Both the position numbers and the translations under genes were made by a program. From positions 36,768,001-36,832,000 of the forward strand of contig NW_024704743.1 of assembly GCF_018977255.1 (NCBI RefSeq): DNA of 64,000 nt, written 5' to 3'. The stretch is from Callorhinchus milii. Lineage: Eukaryota. Below the pieces are notes generated by a model. That model made no database searches, was not told the origin of the DNA, and saw only the letters and a program-made list of their open reading frames with translations. Positions 38,441-51,580 of the stretch are shown piece by piece. The first letter of the stretch is position 1; every line of letters begins with the position of its first letter.

Positions 38441-40143
38441 AGATTTGAAAGTGACTGATCTTACAGTCAACTCAATTCCAATATTCCATTATCATGCACA
38501 ACACCTTGGAGCCAATTCAGTCCTCAAGAAACCCTTCTTACCTCCCACTTCTCTTCTTTAATGGGAGAAATAGGTCTGTGCTGATTATTTAAAGAGCAGA
38601 AAATATTTAATCTTTCCCTACCCAGTGTCAGATCCTTTCTCTTCCCCCTCCATGCCACCCCTTCTCTCTGCCCCTCAGTGTCCTCCCTGAGAGTGACAGT
38701 ATAGTACGTGGTACGAACACTGCGCATTTCCCTCCACATCTTCTCCAGAAGGTCCAAGCCTGGTAATGAGCTGTAGGAACCAAGAGAGGAAACAGAAGCC
38801 AGCACAGGAAGCAGAAACCTGGATTGATTGAGTTTTGCCTCTCTGCATAATTCAAGTTGAGGCTAACTCAGCTTGAATTATGCAAGTGAGGAGGTGTCTC
38901 CACTTTGATCTTTCACAGCTTTTTTGAGGTCATTCCTTTCAGTGTTTCTAAATGATTGAAGTTCTTGACCATTGGGACCTGCACCAAAATGGTTCTCACC
39001 TTTTCCAAGACATGGTGAGGCCCCCTCAGTGCTGGGCCTCTTTATCTGGGAAGTAAATGCAATGCCTTATTCCCAGGCTTTAGGCCAAACCCACTAGCAC
39101 TATTTAAAGAGCTGATTACACAGGACCAACCCGGCATCCTCTGCTATCAGTGGGGCCAGGGTCAATAAATTTAACAAACAATGGATTTTTTTCTCTCCTA
39201 ATGCAAATGCTTTTACACTTGAAGCCAGTGTCATTTGGCAATGAAAACCTGACTTTTTTTTCTTCCCTGCATATTCCCCACTGGCAACCAACTCACATCA
39301 TCTAATTCAGCAACTGTGCACCTCTGTGGTCGGCACAATTCAATATCACTCCTTATGGAGCATGTACTCATATTTTTAAGTGGGAGTTCAGTATTTCTTA
39401 CTTTCAGCAGTGGATCTGAAATAATAATTGAAATTGTGAGGAAAATGTTGCCTAATCGTTATGGAATTCTTTTCACATGGAATCTTTGAAAGCTTCGGCA
39501 TATTAACAGACAAACGTAATTTTTTTCAGTGAAGTAATTGTAACCAGAAACTTATCTTGGCTTATCCTGTGCGAGGTCCCATGTTGTGCCTCATTTGCAG
39601 GACTCGGCAGATCTTATCTCAAGCACGTATTTACATAGAGTAAAACATGACATCATTTGATAAGCCGCCAGTGTAAATGGCCACATCCTTCCGCTTCAAG
39701 GTTTATAAACCCTTTCGTTTCATCTCTACTGTTTTGTCATTAATTTAAATTACGGTTGGAGGTGTTCAAAGAAAGAGCGTTGTAGAAAATAGACTTTAAT
39801 CCTGTTTTGAATCACCATGCAAGGAACACAAAGAATCTTCATTAGCAGATTAATGAAATTGCATATATCTTCAAAAGTAATTGTAATTAGCAAATATTAC
39901 ATTGCACAAATATTCAAAAGTATATAAACCAATTTGTCATATGTCTCTCTTTGAACCTGTTCCAAAGTGGTAATATATGGTATAAATGAGCTTTTTGGAA
40001 ATGAAGGTTCAAACAAACAGAATACCTAGAATAAAACAAGACTGTAGATGTGGGGAGGGGAGTGAGTGCAAGAGGACATTCTCGGGGTGCTATTATTAAG
40101 CACTTTGAGACATCTATACAAAGGCGCTATATTAATGTAAATG

Positions 40144-40515
40144 TGGAGTCCTGTGGCCTATTGTTTAGAGCACTCGCCTCTCAAACGAGAGGACACAGGT
40201 TTGATTCCAGGGCCGGGTGAAACCTTAAGACAAGTTTCCTTGACCTCTGTTTGCCAAGCAGTAAGTAAGTAGGAACCCAGTTATTAGTCAATCGACTAAT
40301 CAGCAGATCGCTTTCCGGGAGTAATAACCACTTCGAAAAAAATAATTTGGTCACTCAGTCCATGTTTGTGGGATTCTCCTGTGCACAGATTGGCTGCCAC
40401 ATTTTGCTCACAAAATATACAGTCAATTCACTTTACAGTATACACTGGGACATGCTTTGAGACATCTCAACGACATGATAAGTTGCTATATCATGTGCAA
40501 GGATGATTATTATTA
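40144..40515 (+). mobile_element. tRNA-headed Deu SINE (medium form with extra middle segment)
   Basis: ggagtcctgtggcc..agagcactcgcc..ggtttgattcc head; gtaggaacccagttattagtcaatcg segment; Deu core; (ATT)n. Confidence 0.85.
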
Positions 40516-40717
40516 AATTGTATTTGTTGTGTTTCTGTTATTTAAAATTCATATTAGTTATATATGATTTATTTATGTTAGGAATATGTATCCACATTTA
40601 ATTGTACAATTGTATATTATTAGATATTAGAAAGATTTCCCCCATCACAACAAAATGCTAGATATGTGGATACCAAGCTCCTGATAAAATGATATGATAC
40701 TGTGGGGAATAACTTTT

Positions 40718-40972
40718 TCAACAACAACAAGATTACATTTGTATAGCGCCTTTCATCGGGGGGACTGCCCAAGGCGCTGGACAGTGTACAGCATTTCAGA
40801 TCCAAGCTGGGGTCAGGGAGGAAGAAAGGAGGGGAGGGGAAGGGGGGTGACCGATGTCATGGTTGAAGAGGAAGGTTTTGTGGCGGGACTTGAAGGAGGC
40901 TAAGGAGGGGGCGAGGCGGAGTGATTGGGGGATGGAATTCCAGAGGTTGGGGCAGAGTGGCTGAAGGCTCTC
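40718..40972 (-). mobile_element. L2 LINE 3' end
   Basis: (CAA)n then gattacatttgtatagcgcctttca..cccaaggcgctggacag. Confidence 0.85.
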
Positions 40973-43016
40973 TTCAAAATAAAATGGATAAGTATTTGCT
41001 TGAGAAGAGGATATAGAAGCTGATGATGGTTCAGGTGACCAAACACACCATAGGACCCAATATTTTGGGGGCTACTGGGTTCTGGGAAGGCTTTTGGGAA
41101 GGCCTAAGTGGGATAGTGGAGATATGGGAATGATTTATTCTGGAGCTTTTTCCGATAATAATCCTTTTATTCGACATGGTCCCCATAAAGTCACAAGTCT
41201 CAAAGCACTTTACTGGAAGGAGTGAGTCTGATTGGCCGGATGGCCTTTTCTCATTCCAAGCTTCCTTATGTCTTCATTAGAATTGTATTTTCTACGTAGT
41301 ATAATATTCTCCATCCAAAGGTACTGCTGTATGTTTAATTCATTGATTAATATTTGATCTATTATTACATAATAATAGTCCTTGCATTTTACATAGCACG
41401 TTAGCATGTTGAAATGTCTCAAAGCACTTTGCAGGGTTTTCTGTAACGTGTAGTGACTGTATATTGATAGGTGAATGCAGCAGCCAATGTATAGGCAGCA
41501 GTACCTCACAAACACGTTGACCAATTTTTTATTTGAAGGATTGTTGGCCAGGACACTAGGAGAAGCTTGCTTCTCAACACGTCAACATACAAACAAGATC
41601 TCAATTTAACATTTCATCTGAAGGATGGCCCCTCCGACAATGCCGCAAAGCTTCCCTCATTACATTCCTAATAATGAATGTATTGGTACATCTAGAATGT
41701 CTATTAATGAATTGCGTAACGTCTGAGAAACAGGATTAGACTTTAAACTCAGCAGGAACTGGAGCCAGTTCAACCTGCCCATGGAAATGGCTGAGCTGGC
41801 AAAATAGTCCTTTTCCAGTTCTATTTAAAATTTCATTACACATATTCTATTTAGCATATTGATTGTTTTAGAATCATAATTCCCAGTTCCATTGCCAATA
41901 ACAGCAATCAAAGCACTGCATTAGAGCAGAGCTCAACATATTAGTGACAGAAGATGTCAGTAGGAAAAATAAGCAGAATATTTTCTGACAAAATACAGAA
42001 TTTGATCTGAAGCAATGTATTTATTTATATTGTAGCTATAAAACCACATGAGCACATTTTTACTGGATCACACAAGATAACATGGAAAAGAACATCATAT
42101 TTACTTTGTTAGAAAGCTTTGTTTGATGGACTAATAGATTGCCCAGTGTAGGACCTATGCCATACATAGCAAAAATCACAGGTTCAAATCCTGCCCTTGC
42201 TGGCTTGGCTGAACTAAACCACAGCAACAGTAAGGGTGCTACATTTGGGTTCAGTGCTCCCAGGCTGAGGAGGAGGAACGATAGACAGAATTCTGATTGA
42301 AGGTTGATTTGAATCTGCTGTGTAGTCCTACACACTGTGTGGCTCACACTTGAAAAATGTTCAATCCGCACAATGGACACCACACATTAACCCTCTCCCA
42401 GAATTCTGCCAAGTATTTCCTTGCAACATCACAAAGATTTACAAATGAAGAAGGCCCCTTCTTCATTCATTATTGTATAATAATAATATTATTATTATTT
42501 AGCCTTCATCTTTCTCGAATACCAACCCTACAACTCTCCATTGCAGTATCAAGCTATTTCTTGAATGAATCAGGTTCCCTGGCAACGACCATCCTTCCTG
42601 ATAATCTGTTGATTACCCTCTGAGTAAAGGAATGTTTCCTCCATTCTGCTGGAGGATAAAGAATTGCCAGTAGGTTAAACCCAAAGGTTAAAACCCACTT
42701 TGTTCTTTTTTAAAATAAGTGCATTAACTGTTTTGAAAGGATTATTAAATACTGGTTGAACTGTATATGGGTGTGTTGTGTTCAAAGAAATGTGCCTCCC
42801 TAAATTAAAGGTGAGCCAATCTAGTTTCCTACACCCATGTCTCCAAAGCCTAGGTCTTTCTCCAATAACTCACCAGTTTCCGTCTCTTAGAAAAAATAAT
42901 AAAAAAAACAAAGTTAAAACAAAACAAAGTCTTCCGGTCCGAACCTTTACTGGACGAATCCTACAATAGCCTTATCAAGCAGAAAACCCCTTATTTATGT
43001 GATGAGGATTGCTGCC

Positions 43017-43226
43017 TAATAATAATCCCTCCAAAAACTAAAAGCAATAATAAATTGATAATTTTCAATCTACGACTGATGGTGGGACATTGCTGTGCGC
43101 AATTGGCTGCCGCGTTCGCCCACAAATATACAGTCAATTCACTTTACAGTGTGTTCTGTGAAGCGCTTTGGGACATCCTCCCGACGTGAAAAGCGCTATA
43201 TCAAATGCAAGGATTATTATTATTAT
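43017..43226 (+). mobile_element. Young Deu SINE, 5'-truncated
   Basis: Near-identical (reverse complement) to 53146-53464 and 62413-62650 over Deu core and tail. Confidence 0.9.
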
Positions 43227-44645
43227 GCTCAGACCTTAAAGTGTGCTCATGTTCCCATCTAACTCCAGGGTATTTTATATCGGTGTATTCAACAATTGTA
43301 TATATTTTTTTTTGAAGTATAGTGCAGTTCTCATTCACAGAGCTTTACTCTGTAGAGTCCCATAGAGTAGTGATCTTGCCTTGCAAGCGAGAGGATCTAA
43401 TTCGATTTCCCGGGCAGGAAGAAATCTTAAGGCAAGTTTCCTTACTCTACACGACTCTGTCTACCTAGCAGTTAAAAAAATTCAATCCACTATTTGTGGG
43501 ATACTGCTATGCGCAATTGGCTGCCGTGTTTCGCCCACAAAATACACAATCAATCCACTTTACAATATTTTATTTGAAGCCATTTGAGATGTCTCAATGG
43601 CGTAATAAGGTGCTGTATCAAATGCAAGGATTATTATTATTATATATGTTAAAAAAAGCCTTGTGATGCATTTATACCTAGCCTTAATATAAGCAATTAT
43701 ATAATATTAATCAGTAAAAAGGAGCAAACTAAAATGATTAACTTTAAAACTACATGACTCAATTTATCCTAATAGTTTAACAACTTAAACACCATACATC
43801 TACTCTAGGTGCTAAAATTATGCAATTAATTATAATGCCCATTTACACAAGTGTTTAAAGACACAATTGAGTACATTGTAATTATGCTGTTACGTCTCAC
43901 TGATCTGATTGAAAATCTTCAATCAGATTTCCATTATGTTGTGTACTGAGAAATCATAATCATAATTCTTGCATTTGATATAGAGCTTATAATGTTGAGA
44001 ATGTCTCACAAAGAGCTTCATAAATTTTCTGTGGTGACTGTATATTTGCAGGCAAACAAGGCAGCCAATTTGGATACAGCAAATGAAGTGAAGGACATTT
44101 TTTTTCCCCCAGGGAATTCTTAGCCAAGACAATAGAGGAGAAACTACATTCTCTTTTCAAACAGTGACACTTGATCAACAAAATATCCACCAAAACAGAC
44201 AGATGGGGCTTTGCTTTAATATGTCCTCCAAAAGATGATACCTCCCTCAATACGGTGCTGGTGCGCAGCCTAGGCTATGAACTCAAACCCCAATATGGGG
44301 CTCAAATGCACAGCCTTCTGACCTAGAGGCCGGACCAGCTGAGCCACACTAACACCTGGAAAATCAGCAAGATTATGAGCTCAGGTCGAAGTGTGGGATT
44401 TGAACCCACGACTTCACCCAGGATCAAGAAGTTGACACATTGGCTTTGTTAACATAGTTGAAGATTCACTGATATGTTTAAAATCTAATAAAAAAAGTTC
44501 CCATAATAACTGACAATTTTTACTGCTAAAATTCAGCCACTAGCCCTGTTTATTAAGCAACTGTTGTGGAAGGTTAATAGTTCAGAGTTAATACTTCCTT
44601 TCATGTTCTGTCAGAAAGGGTGTTTGGTTGGGAGTGTGTTGTGAG

Positions 44646-44659
44646 GTCACCAGGGTAAC
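44646..44659. promoter_or_regulatory. RFX X-box motif in ULK4 long intron
   Basis: GTCACC-AG-GGTAAC fits GTNRCC-N0-3-RGYAAC; motif only. Confidence 0.3.
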
Positions 44660-47339
44660 AGTTAAATTAACCGCCGTTCACAAGAAGGTTTTTGTTTGTA
44701 CAATTATGCCCCAGGTTACTGCAGTCACAGATTACTTCAGCTACTCGTAGCTGTAAAACGCATTACGTTGCGGACAGCTGCCAGGGTTTCATTGTCATGC
44801 AGAGAGCTGTCTGGAGCCAGGTTTCTGACCGATAGATAAAAAGCATGAGAAGACGCTCTTGAATCTGTTTCTGTCAATCACAAGGGAAGGATGCATTCAC
44901 AGTACAGAAATTCTTATGTTGAAACATTCAGTGAAAAATCTAATCTTCCTCCTTGCTCCGGCTGTACAGTATTTTAAAAAAAGTTTGTATTGTTTATCTC
45001 GAGCAAAAGGCAAGCCTATTTTTTTGCCTTCTGTAATTGGACTACTCTGCTGTGTTTTGTTTTCAAAACAAATTTTCAAAATGGAGAAGGATTTCTACTG
45101 CTGATCCCTATCCAGAGAACCCCCACTGGAAAGTGTGCATGCATGGACATTGAGTGAGAGCAAGTTTGGGCCGTGATCCTTTCTTGCACACTCGCACGTA
45201 TGAGTAATTTGTTTCCGTGAAGAATGAAACTTGAGCAAGGTATTATACCGGGGTGTGCCCAGTACATGGAGATCTATCTGGAACGGAAAGAAACAGAAGA
45301 ACGTCGTATTATAATAACAATAATACAAAGAAGAATCCTTGCATTTGATATAGCGCTGTATCACGTCTCGAAGCTCTTCACAGCATATATTGTAAAATGA
45401 ATTGACTGTGTGTTTTGCGAGCGAATCACGGTTGCTAATTGTGTCCCACAAACAGTCGTGGATTGATTGACCAAATATGTTGGGAGGAGGGATTATCCTG
45501 AAGGTTTGTTATATCACTGGATCAATATGAGTGACATGTTAGAACAGCATAATAAAATTGCATGGCATGTTCATTCAGCAGAGTCACTTCAATTAGCAGC
45601 AGCTCTGCAAGACTCAGTTCAGTGTAGGCTGTGAAATATACCCCATTCACAGTGACCCACTACATTGACTCTTTCCAATGTGAGTTCTGCCTCCCGAATT
45701 TTTCCTAATCTCTGAAAGATCAGCAATACAAGTAATCCATCCTCTGCCCCACCTCCCCCAAACCAAATATTTGTCCCTCTTCTTGATCAAAGAGGATGCC
45801 GGCAAATTTTTAACAGCCCAAACAAATGGGGAACACTAGCAACTTAAACATTTTAACACCAGCAGCCAAAGTGGTCACATCACTACGTACACTCACAACA
45901 CTCTCACAAGGTGTAACGTATATCATCAAGAAAAAAAAGTTTGCAGCTGTAAGCTAAATCAGCCGTATCTCATTTGCCGTACAATCTCTCATCATGGCAG
46001 AAGTCTGGGACTTTGTCAGGATATGGGGAGCTGTAGACTACACACAAGCTGCACAAGGCACAAAGGGGTGAAAATGATCTCTGGCGGGTTCGAAGACATA
46101 GCTAAATGATTCAAAAGCTGAATAACCTTTTTTTCGTTTTCTATATTTTTCCCTTCAGTCAGTTTTAAATTTTGCATTAACCCTGTAAAACATAACCAGT
46201 GAATTCCTTGAAAATATTTATTACAGACAACTGAGTTTCTGATTGTCTAAGCTACTTTAGATCTGCCTGGCTATATTTTGAAATAGTATAAGGGCTGTAT
46301 TACCACCACTGGCTCCATTCTCTAAATGTAGACTGAGTGACCAGACGTCCTATAACCAAATTCACAAGTGTTATTAATGGTGGATTAAAGTAATGATGCT
46401 TTGCCATAACTTGAGACTGGAGCCTTAACCGCAGACTTAATGCTTGCATCAAAAAGGACGGAGGCATAGGGAAGTGATTCCTCCCCCTGGTTTAGAACAT
46501 TTGGTATGGCTACAGATGATCTGTGAGTTAAAGGGGTGTTGTTATCACGAAAACCTTTTGTTGTTTGGTGAATTTCTAGAAACTGTTTCAGTAGAGTTCT
46601 GCTCACGACCCAATGATGGACATGCCTCATCGGTGTGTATTTGGGAAATAAACCAAATCAAGTTAGCCAAAACATTTGCATGAAAATAGTGCCTCTTTAA
46701 GTTTTGCTTGTAAATCAAAAATCTAGCTTCTCAGTTTTATTCTCAATTAGACAGGGCTTAAATGTCTTCTAGTTGCAATACGTTTCTTCATAAGATCAAC
46801 ACCGCCGTACTCCCTAATTGGAAGTTTTCTGCTCATTCTTAACATCCCAGTTTCATCAAGTACAATAGTGAATTTGTGCAGGATGTCATATCCAATTTTC
46901 CAGATTTCCATTTTGGCAATGTTTGTGAAGGAAAGATTTCTCGTGAGCAATTTTCTGAGAGAGGAAGTATTGAATATTCCTTTGACCTTACAATTCCAGA
47001 GGCTTGGAGTGTAGCACAAAAAGCAGAGTCTGTTCTTTACATGCCATGCAGACCTCCAGAGACAGTATGTGGCAAAATACATACCAATGTGGGCACCAGA
47101 CCAATATAAACTAGCATTGTATTTGTGTCTATTTTTCTGAAGCATGACTTGATTTGCTCTGAAGCCACCAATGTTTCCCATTTTACATGCAACATTATGC
47201 CTGGTGATCCCCAGTGATTCGTCTAAAGGTTTAAAGGTTTTCTTTTTAAAAACAAAGTTGACATGTGAAAATCCATCACCCTGCTTAAGAGCATCAGCAA
47301 TAACAACAACTTGCATTTATATAGAGTCTTTCTTGTGGG

Positions 47340-48050
47340 GTAGCGTCTTAGAGCGTATCTAAACCAGACTGAGAGTTGCACTTATACATGGAAATATCCC
47401 TGGATTTGGAATGGGACCCCAAAGGGAACCCCATTCTGCTGACCAAATTCCAGAGAGTATTAGATCTAGGTTGGCAAGTGCCAAGGTTTGGGAATCCCAG
47501 AGTGTGTGTAGGGGTACTTTTGGAATCTAACCAACTAAAACTGCATAGCTTGCCATTAAGAGCACTGCTTGTCCAGCTCGGACCATCCCACTTACCCATT
47601 TTAAGATGAGTGGGAAGAATCCCTCCAAGTCTTGCCATTTCAAGTTGTTCGAATCTCGAACTCATTGCCTGAAAGGGTGATCGAGGTCGATTCGATAACT
47701 ACTTTTAAAAACGCGGTGGATGGGTATTTGAGGAGGACGGGTTTGCAGGGTTATGGGGAAAGGGCTGGGGAGTGGGATTGACATTAATTGCTCTATTCAA
47801 AGAGCCGGCACAAACTCGATGGGCCGAATGGCCTCTTTTTGTGCTGTACAATTCTATGATTCTATGATTTTTGCCAGCCTGGCTGTGCTGTCATCAGTAG
47901 TGCACTGTAATACTGCAGACTCGCCTGGCTCAGGAACTGGACTTGAGACGCCACAGAGGACAGGCTTGATTCTAATATTCCGTTGCTAAACACATCACGT
48001 AGAGCAAGCTCGGCTCCACGGAGAACCCACTTACCTACCACCCCCACACC
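47340..48050 (-). repeat. Family X copy interrupted by a CR1 3' end
   Basis: Family X sequence at ~47340-47640 and ~47870-48050, separated by the CR1 piece. Confidence 0.75.
47655..47868 (+). mobile_element. CR1 LINE 3' end
   Basis: NSLPERVIEVDSITTFKNAVDGYL-like ORF2 end; gatgggccgaatggcctc hairpin; (ATTCTATG)n tail. Confidence 0.88.
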
Positions 48051-49767
48051 CCCAAACCCCCACCAGAAGGATAGTAAAAATTGAGCGTAAGTGTACAAAA
48101 AATCTGCTAGGCAGAAGTACACAGTTTTGAATGCAAACAAGTCATCTAATAAAATACATCCAATATGCTTATTGAAATGTCTCTTCTTTCAATGACATTA
48201 TGAATCCAAGTATGAATTCCACATTAGCAAAATCTTTTGCAAATCACGCAAATGACAAGCCCCCCCACCCCCCGTGTAATCGGGTACAATTTTAAAAAAA
48301 TCTATTTGCCAAACATGTTGTGAGCAGCTCTACCGAAGGCTGAATGAATTATTTAGTGATTCGATGTGAACCAAAGAATCTGGAAGGTCCCAGATCAAAC
48401 CCCAGTTTGTGCTGAGTTAGCTCATCTCAGGCAAGCTGGCTCTCGGGGCTTTTAATTAGCCTGGGGTAGGGAGAGACGGAGGGAGGGAGGGAGGGAAACT
48501 AGCCAGCTCTGGTCTTTGCTCCCAACCAGGCAGAGCTGCTGTTACAGGCCAGAGCACAGGCTAAACTCAACATTAAAGAAAAATGCAAAGACATCACAAA
48601 CAAGAACACACAACCCCTGTAACATTTGTTAGCGCTCTCAAAGCTGAAAGGTTTTGGTCTGGTAGTTTTTTTTAACACGCGCAATAGCATCCCAGCACTG
48701 CTTGTCAGGGCCATGCAGGCTTGTCATTAAGAGTCAGCTGCTGGCTTGAACACTTGGCTGCTTTCATCTTACTACATTGTTACATGCTCGACTATTGTAA
48801 AATCTGGAGGGAACTAGTTTGACTTCAACTGTGTTTTACTTTCTGCTTGCGATGGTGGAATTCTCTGTCGGAGGCGTGCAAGTGCACACCTCAAGCGCTG
48901 TAATTGCTCAAGCAGCCTATCCTGATCACGTGGGAGAAAAACTGCCGGAGCCCGTGGAACATTTCCCCCATGTGGGTTATCACATTCAAGGGTGGAGTGG
49001 GAGAAAATTAAGAAAGATAAATAGGTTAAATCTTCACAGATTGCTACTGAAAGGTGATAAAGATCATCACAACAATGTAATGCTGTACTGTACTGCTCCA
49101 CAACTAGACGCTGTAGCCAGCTATAAGCATTAATAATTGATCCTCCATCAGCATAATGTGCTCCTGGCCAACAGAGAGGAAAAATCCAGGGACTCCTGCT
49201 GGAGTTATGTATGTGTGTTTGTCAAGCAGGAACAGGCTTGACTGTGTTGCTTTAAACACCCACTCCCCAACCCTGCATGGTCAAATATCCGAACGTCACT
49301 CAGTATGGGCTTGTGCAGAACTGCTGTATGATGAACCTGGAACAGTATCCCAGGAAGACATATCACCACTAGTAGTGCAGCAAGCGGTGGGAGGGAAATG
49401 GTACAAGATTTGGCATTGCGAAAGTAAACTTCCCCACCCTTATTGCAAAAATAAGTTAACGGCACAAATGGCTACACCAATTGCCACCAAAAGCAATCAC
49501 TGCACTCGACAGGAATTACCTGGTGTACTATGAAATATTTTGACAGGATAAAGGGCTATAAAATATAATTTATTTTTTTTCCGCAATACTTTAAATGAGC
49601 CTGAAAAGGTGGCTTGGCAAACAGCTGAACTAATAAAAGGAGACAGAGTTCTGACACCAAATATTTTTATACAATGCACCACATGTGGGTAGTTTTCAAA
49701 TCCACTATAGAGGTAGTATCTCCGCCCAGGTCATGCTGATAATTGTCTGCCTTTCTTTCTTTGCCAG

Positions 49768-49856
49768 GTAAGCTCTAATGAGAGACACACAGAAAGCCTC
49801 AAGAACGAAGGGGACCCTCTTATTCAAACCCTAAAGAAATTGGTCCAGACTGCCAG
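49768..49856 (+). CDS. ULK4: ULK4 penultimate coding exon
   Basis: ctttctttctttgccag|GTAAGC...GCCAG|gtgaga; 89 nt; VSSNERHTESLKNEGDPLIQTLKKLVQTA(S), corresponding to recalled ULK4 ITSNEKHLESLKN; phases fit both neighbours. Confidence 0.9.
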
Positions 49857-51199
49857 GTGAGAACCCTCAGGCCTGAAGGAATTTCCATACCTTTGAATAA
49901 GTGTCCAATTTTTTCCAGACACACACCTATCATATTACCGTGGCTTGCTACTGGAGTAAGACTGTACTTGAACCACCCTCTCAAAGCCTCCTTGCTTTTG
50001 TTGAAGTTGGCTTTGATCATTTGTAAGTGGAAATCGGGTTGGGTTCCATGATGAAAGATTCTGAACGTTGTTGCTTTCATTTACAGCCAGATACTGGCTT
50101 ATTGTTCAGTCATCTGCTGCCCTAAGACCAGATTTTTCTCTGTTTTCCTGAATATTAAATAGTAAGTATTAGTATTGTGAAAATAGCTTTAACCCCACGA
50201 AGCCTACCTTTGGAGAAACGGGTGTTTTTTTAAAATAGCTCACCATGGAGTGAGAGACCACCCCATACATAGGGAGGAAATGTGCTAACCAAGATACCAA
50301 AAGTAACATTGGGAGAGTTGGTAGAACAGCCCCTTTCCTCCTCCCACGGGAAGCCAGAATGGTAACCAGCAAGTGATTTGGGTGAGGACTCACCCCCATG
50401 TCGGTATATTTACTGTGTTGGTGGATCTGAGCCATGCAGACCAAGAGGGTTGCAGATTTGGTCCCAGGCTTTGGAAAGTTACCTGATTTCAGTTGGTTGG
50501 GCCTCTTCAAATGGCTTCAGATCACCAGCGTCAAGAATGGGGAAAGAAATCCAGGGATCTCAATCCTATTCATTGTACAGTCACCTTTGCTGAAAAGTGC
50601 AAGTGGGGATATGAAACTGTAAAGATAAAACGGTTATGTGTGAAACTGAGTGGGGGGTTTGTAAGTTTAAAAAAAACGATCCACGACTGTTTGTGGGACA
50701 CTGTTGTGTGCAATTGGCTACTGTGCCCACAAATACACAGGCAATATACAATATATTTTGTGAAGCGCTTTGATCGTCTCAACTATGTGATAAAGCGCTA
50801 TATTAAATTAAAGGATTACTATCATTATTAAGTACAAATCTGAGTGAATGGTATTTAGTAGTGATGCTGTTCACATGTAATTGGATAGATAATATAGACA
50901 TTAGGGATATTGAAACAAGTTTATATTTGTACCCGGAGTGCTGTACTCTGAATTATTTTTTCTTTATTTTTAATCCAACGTCAGTTAGTTCATCTTCAGC
51001 CCATCTGATCTCATCCTCCAGAACTCCCACCCTATTGTTATCCCCATCACAGCATCAAGCTGTTTCTTTAAATGAGCCCAGTGGCCTGGCTTTATCCATT
51101 ATTTTGTGGCAAACTGAAAAACTTCCTGGTATCTGTACTGAACTTGGCTTTTGCAAAGTATTGTTCTTGGTTGTTCAATCATTTAACATTTTATATATA

Positions 51200-51580
51200 T
51201 ATCTATAAGGTTCCTTCGAGATGTCTCATTTCAAGGCTGAAGAGCCCGAGCTTGTCTAATCATTGCTCATAGCTCACTCCTTTAACACTGGGATCATCCT
51301 CATCGCTCTCCTCTGCATGCACTGGGCAGCCCCTCAGCTGCCCACCAACCTTCGGGTCTCACGGCTCAAACTACCATTAACCAACTACAACCTCATAGCT
51401 TGCCTTCTTGCTCGGGCTTTCACTGTGATCAGAACTGTATGTGATACACTAGTGCGGTCTGACCAGAGACTGTATATCTTGAGTATGACGTCTGGGAATC
51501 TGAACTCAACTGATATGGCAATACTGTACAGCCCAGGATCCTGTTTACCTTGTTATTGCTGCCTCACACTGATTTGACAT
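51200..51580 (-). mobile_element. Old CR1-type LINE fragment
   Basis: ctcatttcaaggctgaagagcccgag..ggatcatcctcatcgctctcctctgca: CR1 ORF2 region on the minus strand. Confidence 0.55.

Noticed and set aside
44731..44820. ag|ATTACTTCA..CAG|gt as the ULK4 'ITS..' exon
   Set aside because: Translation does not resemble ULK4; the true exon is 49768-49856
46385..47316. Several overlapping ORFs up to 189 aa
   Set aside because: No recognisable domain or convincing splice framework; lies in the ULK4 intron; treated as chance ORFs
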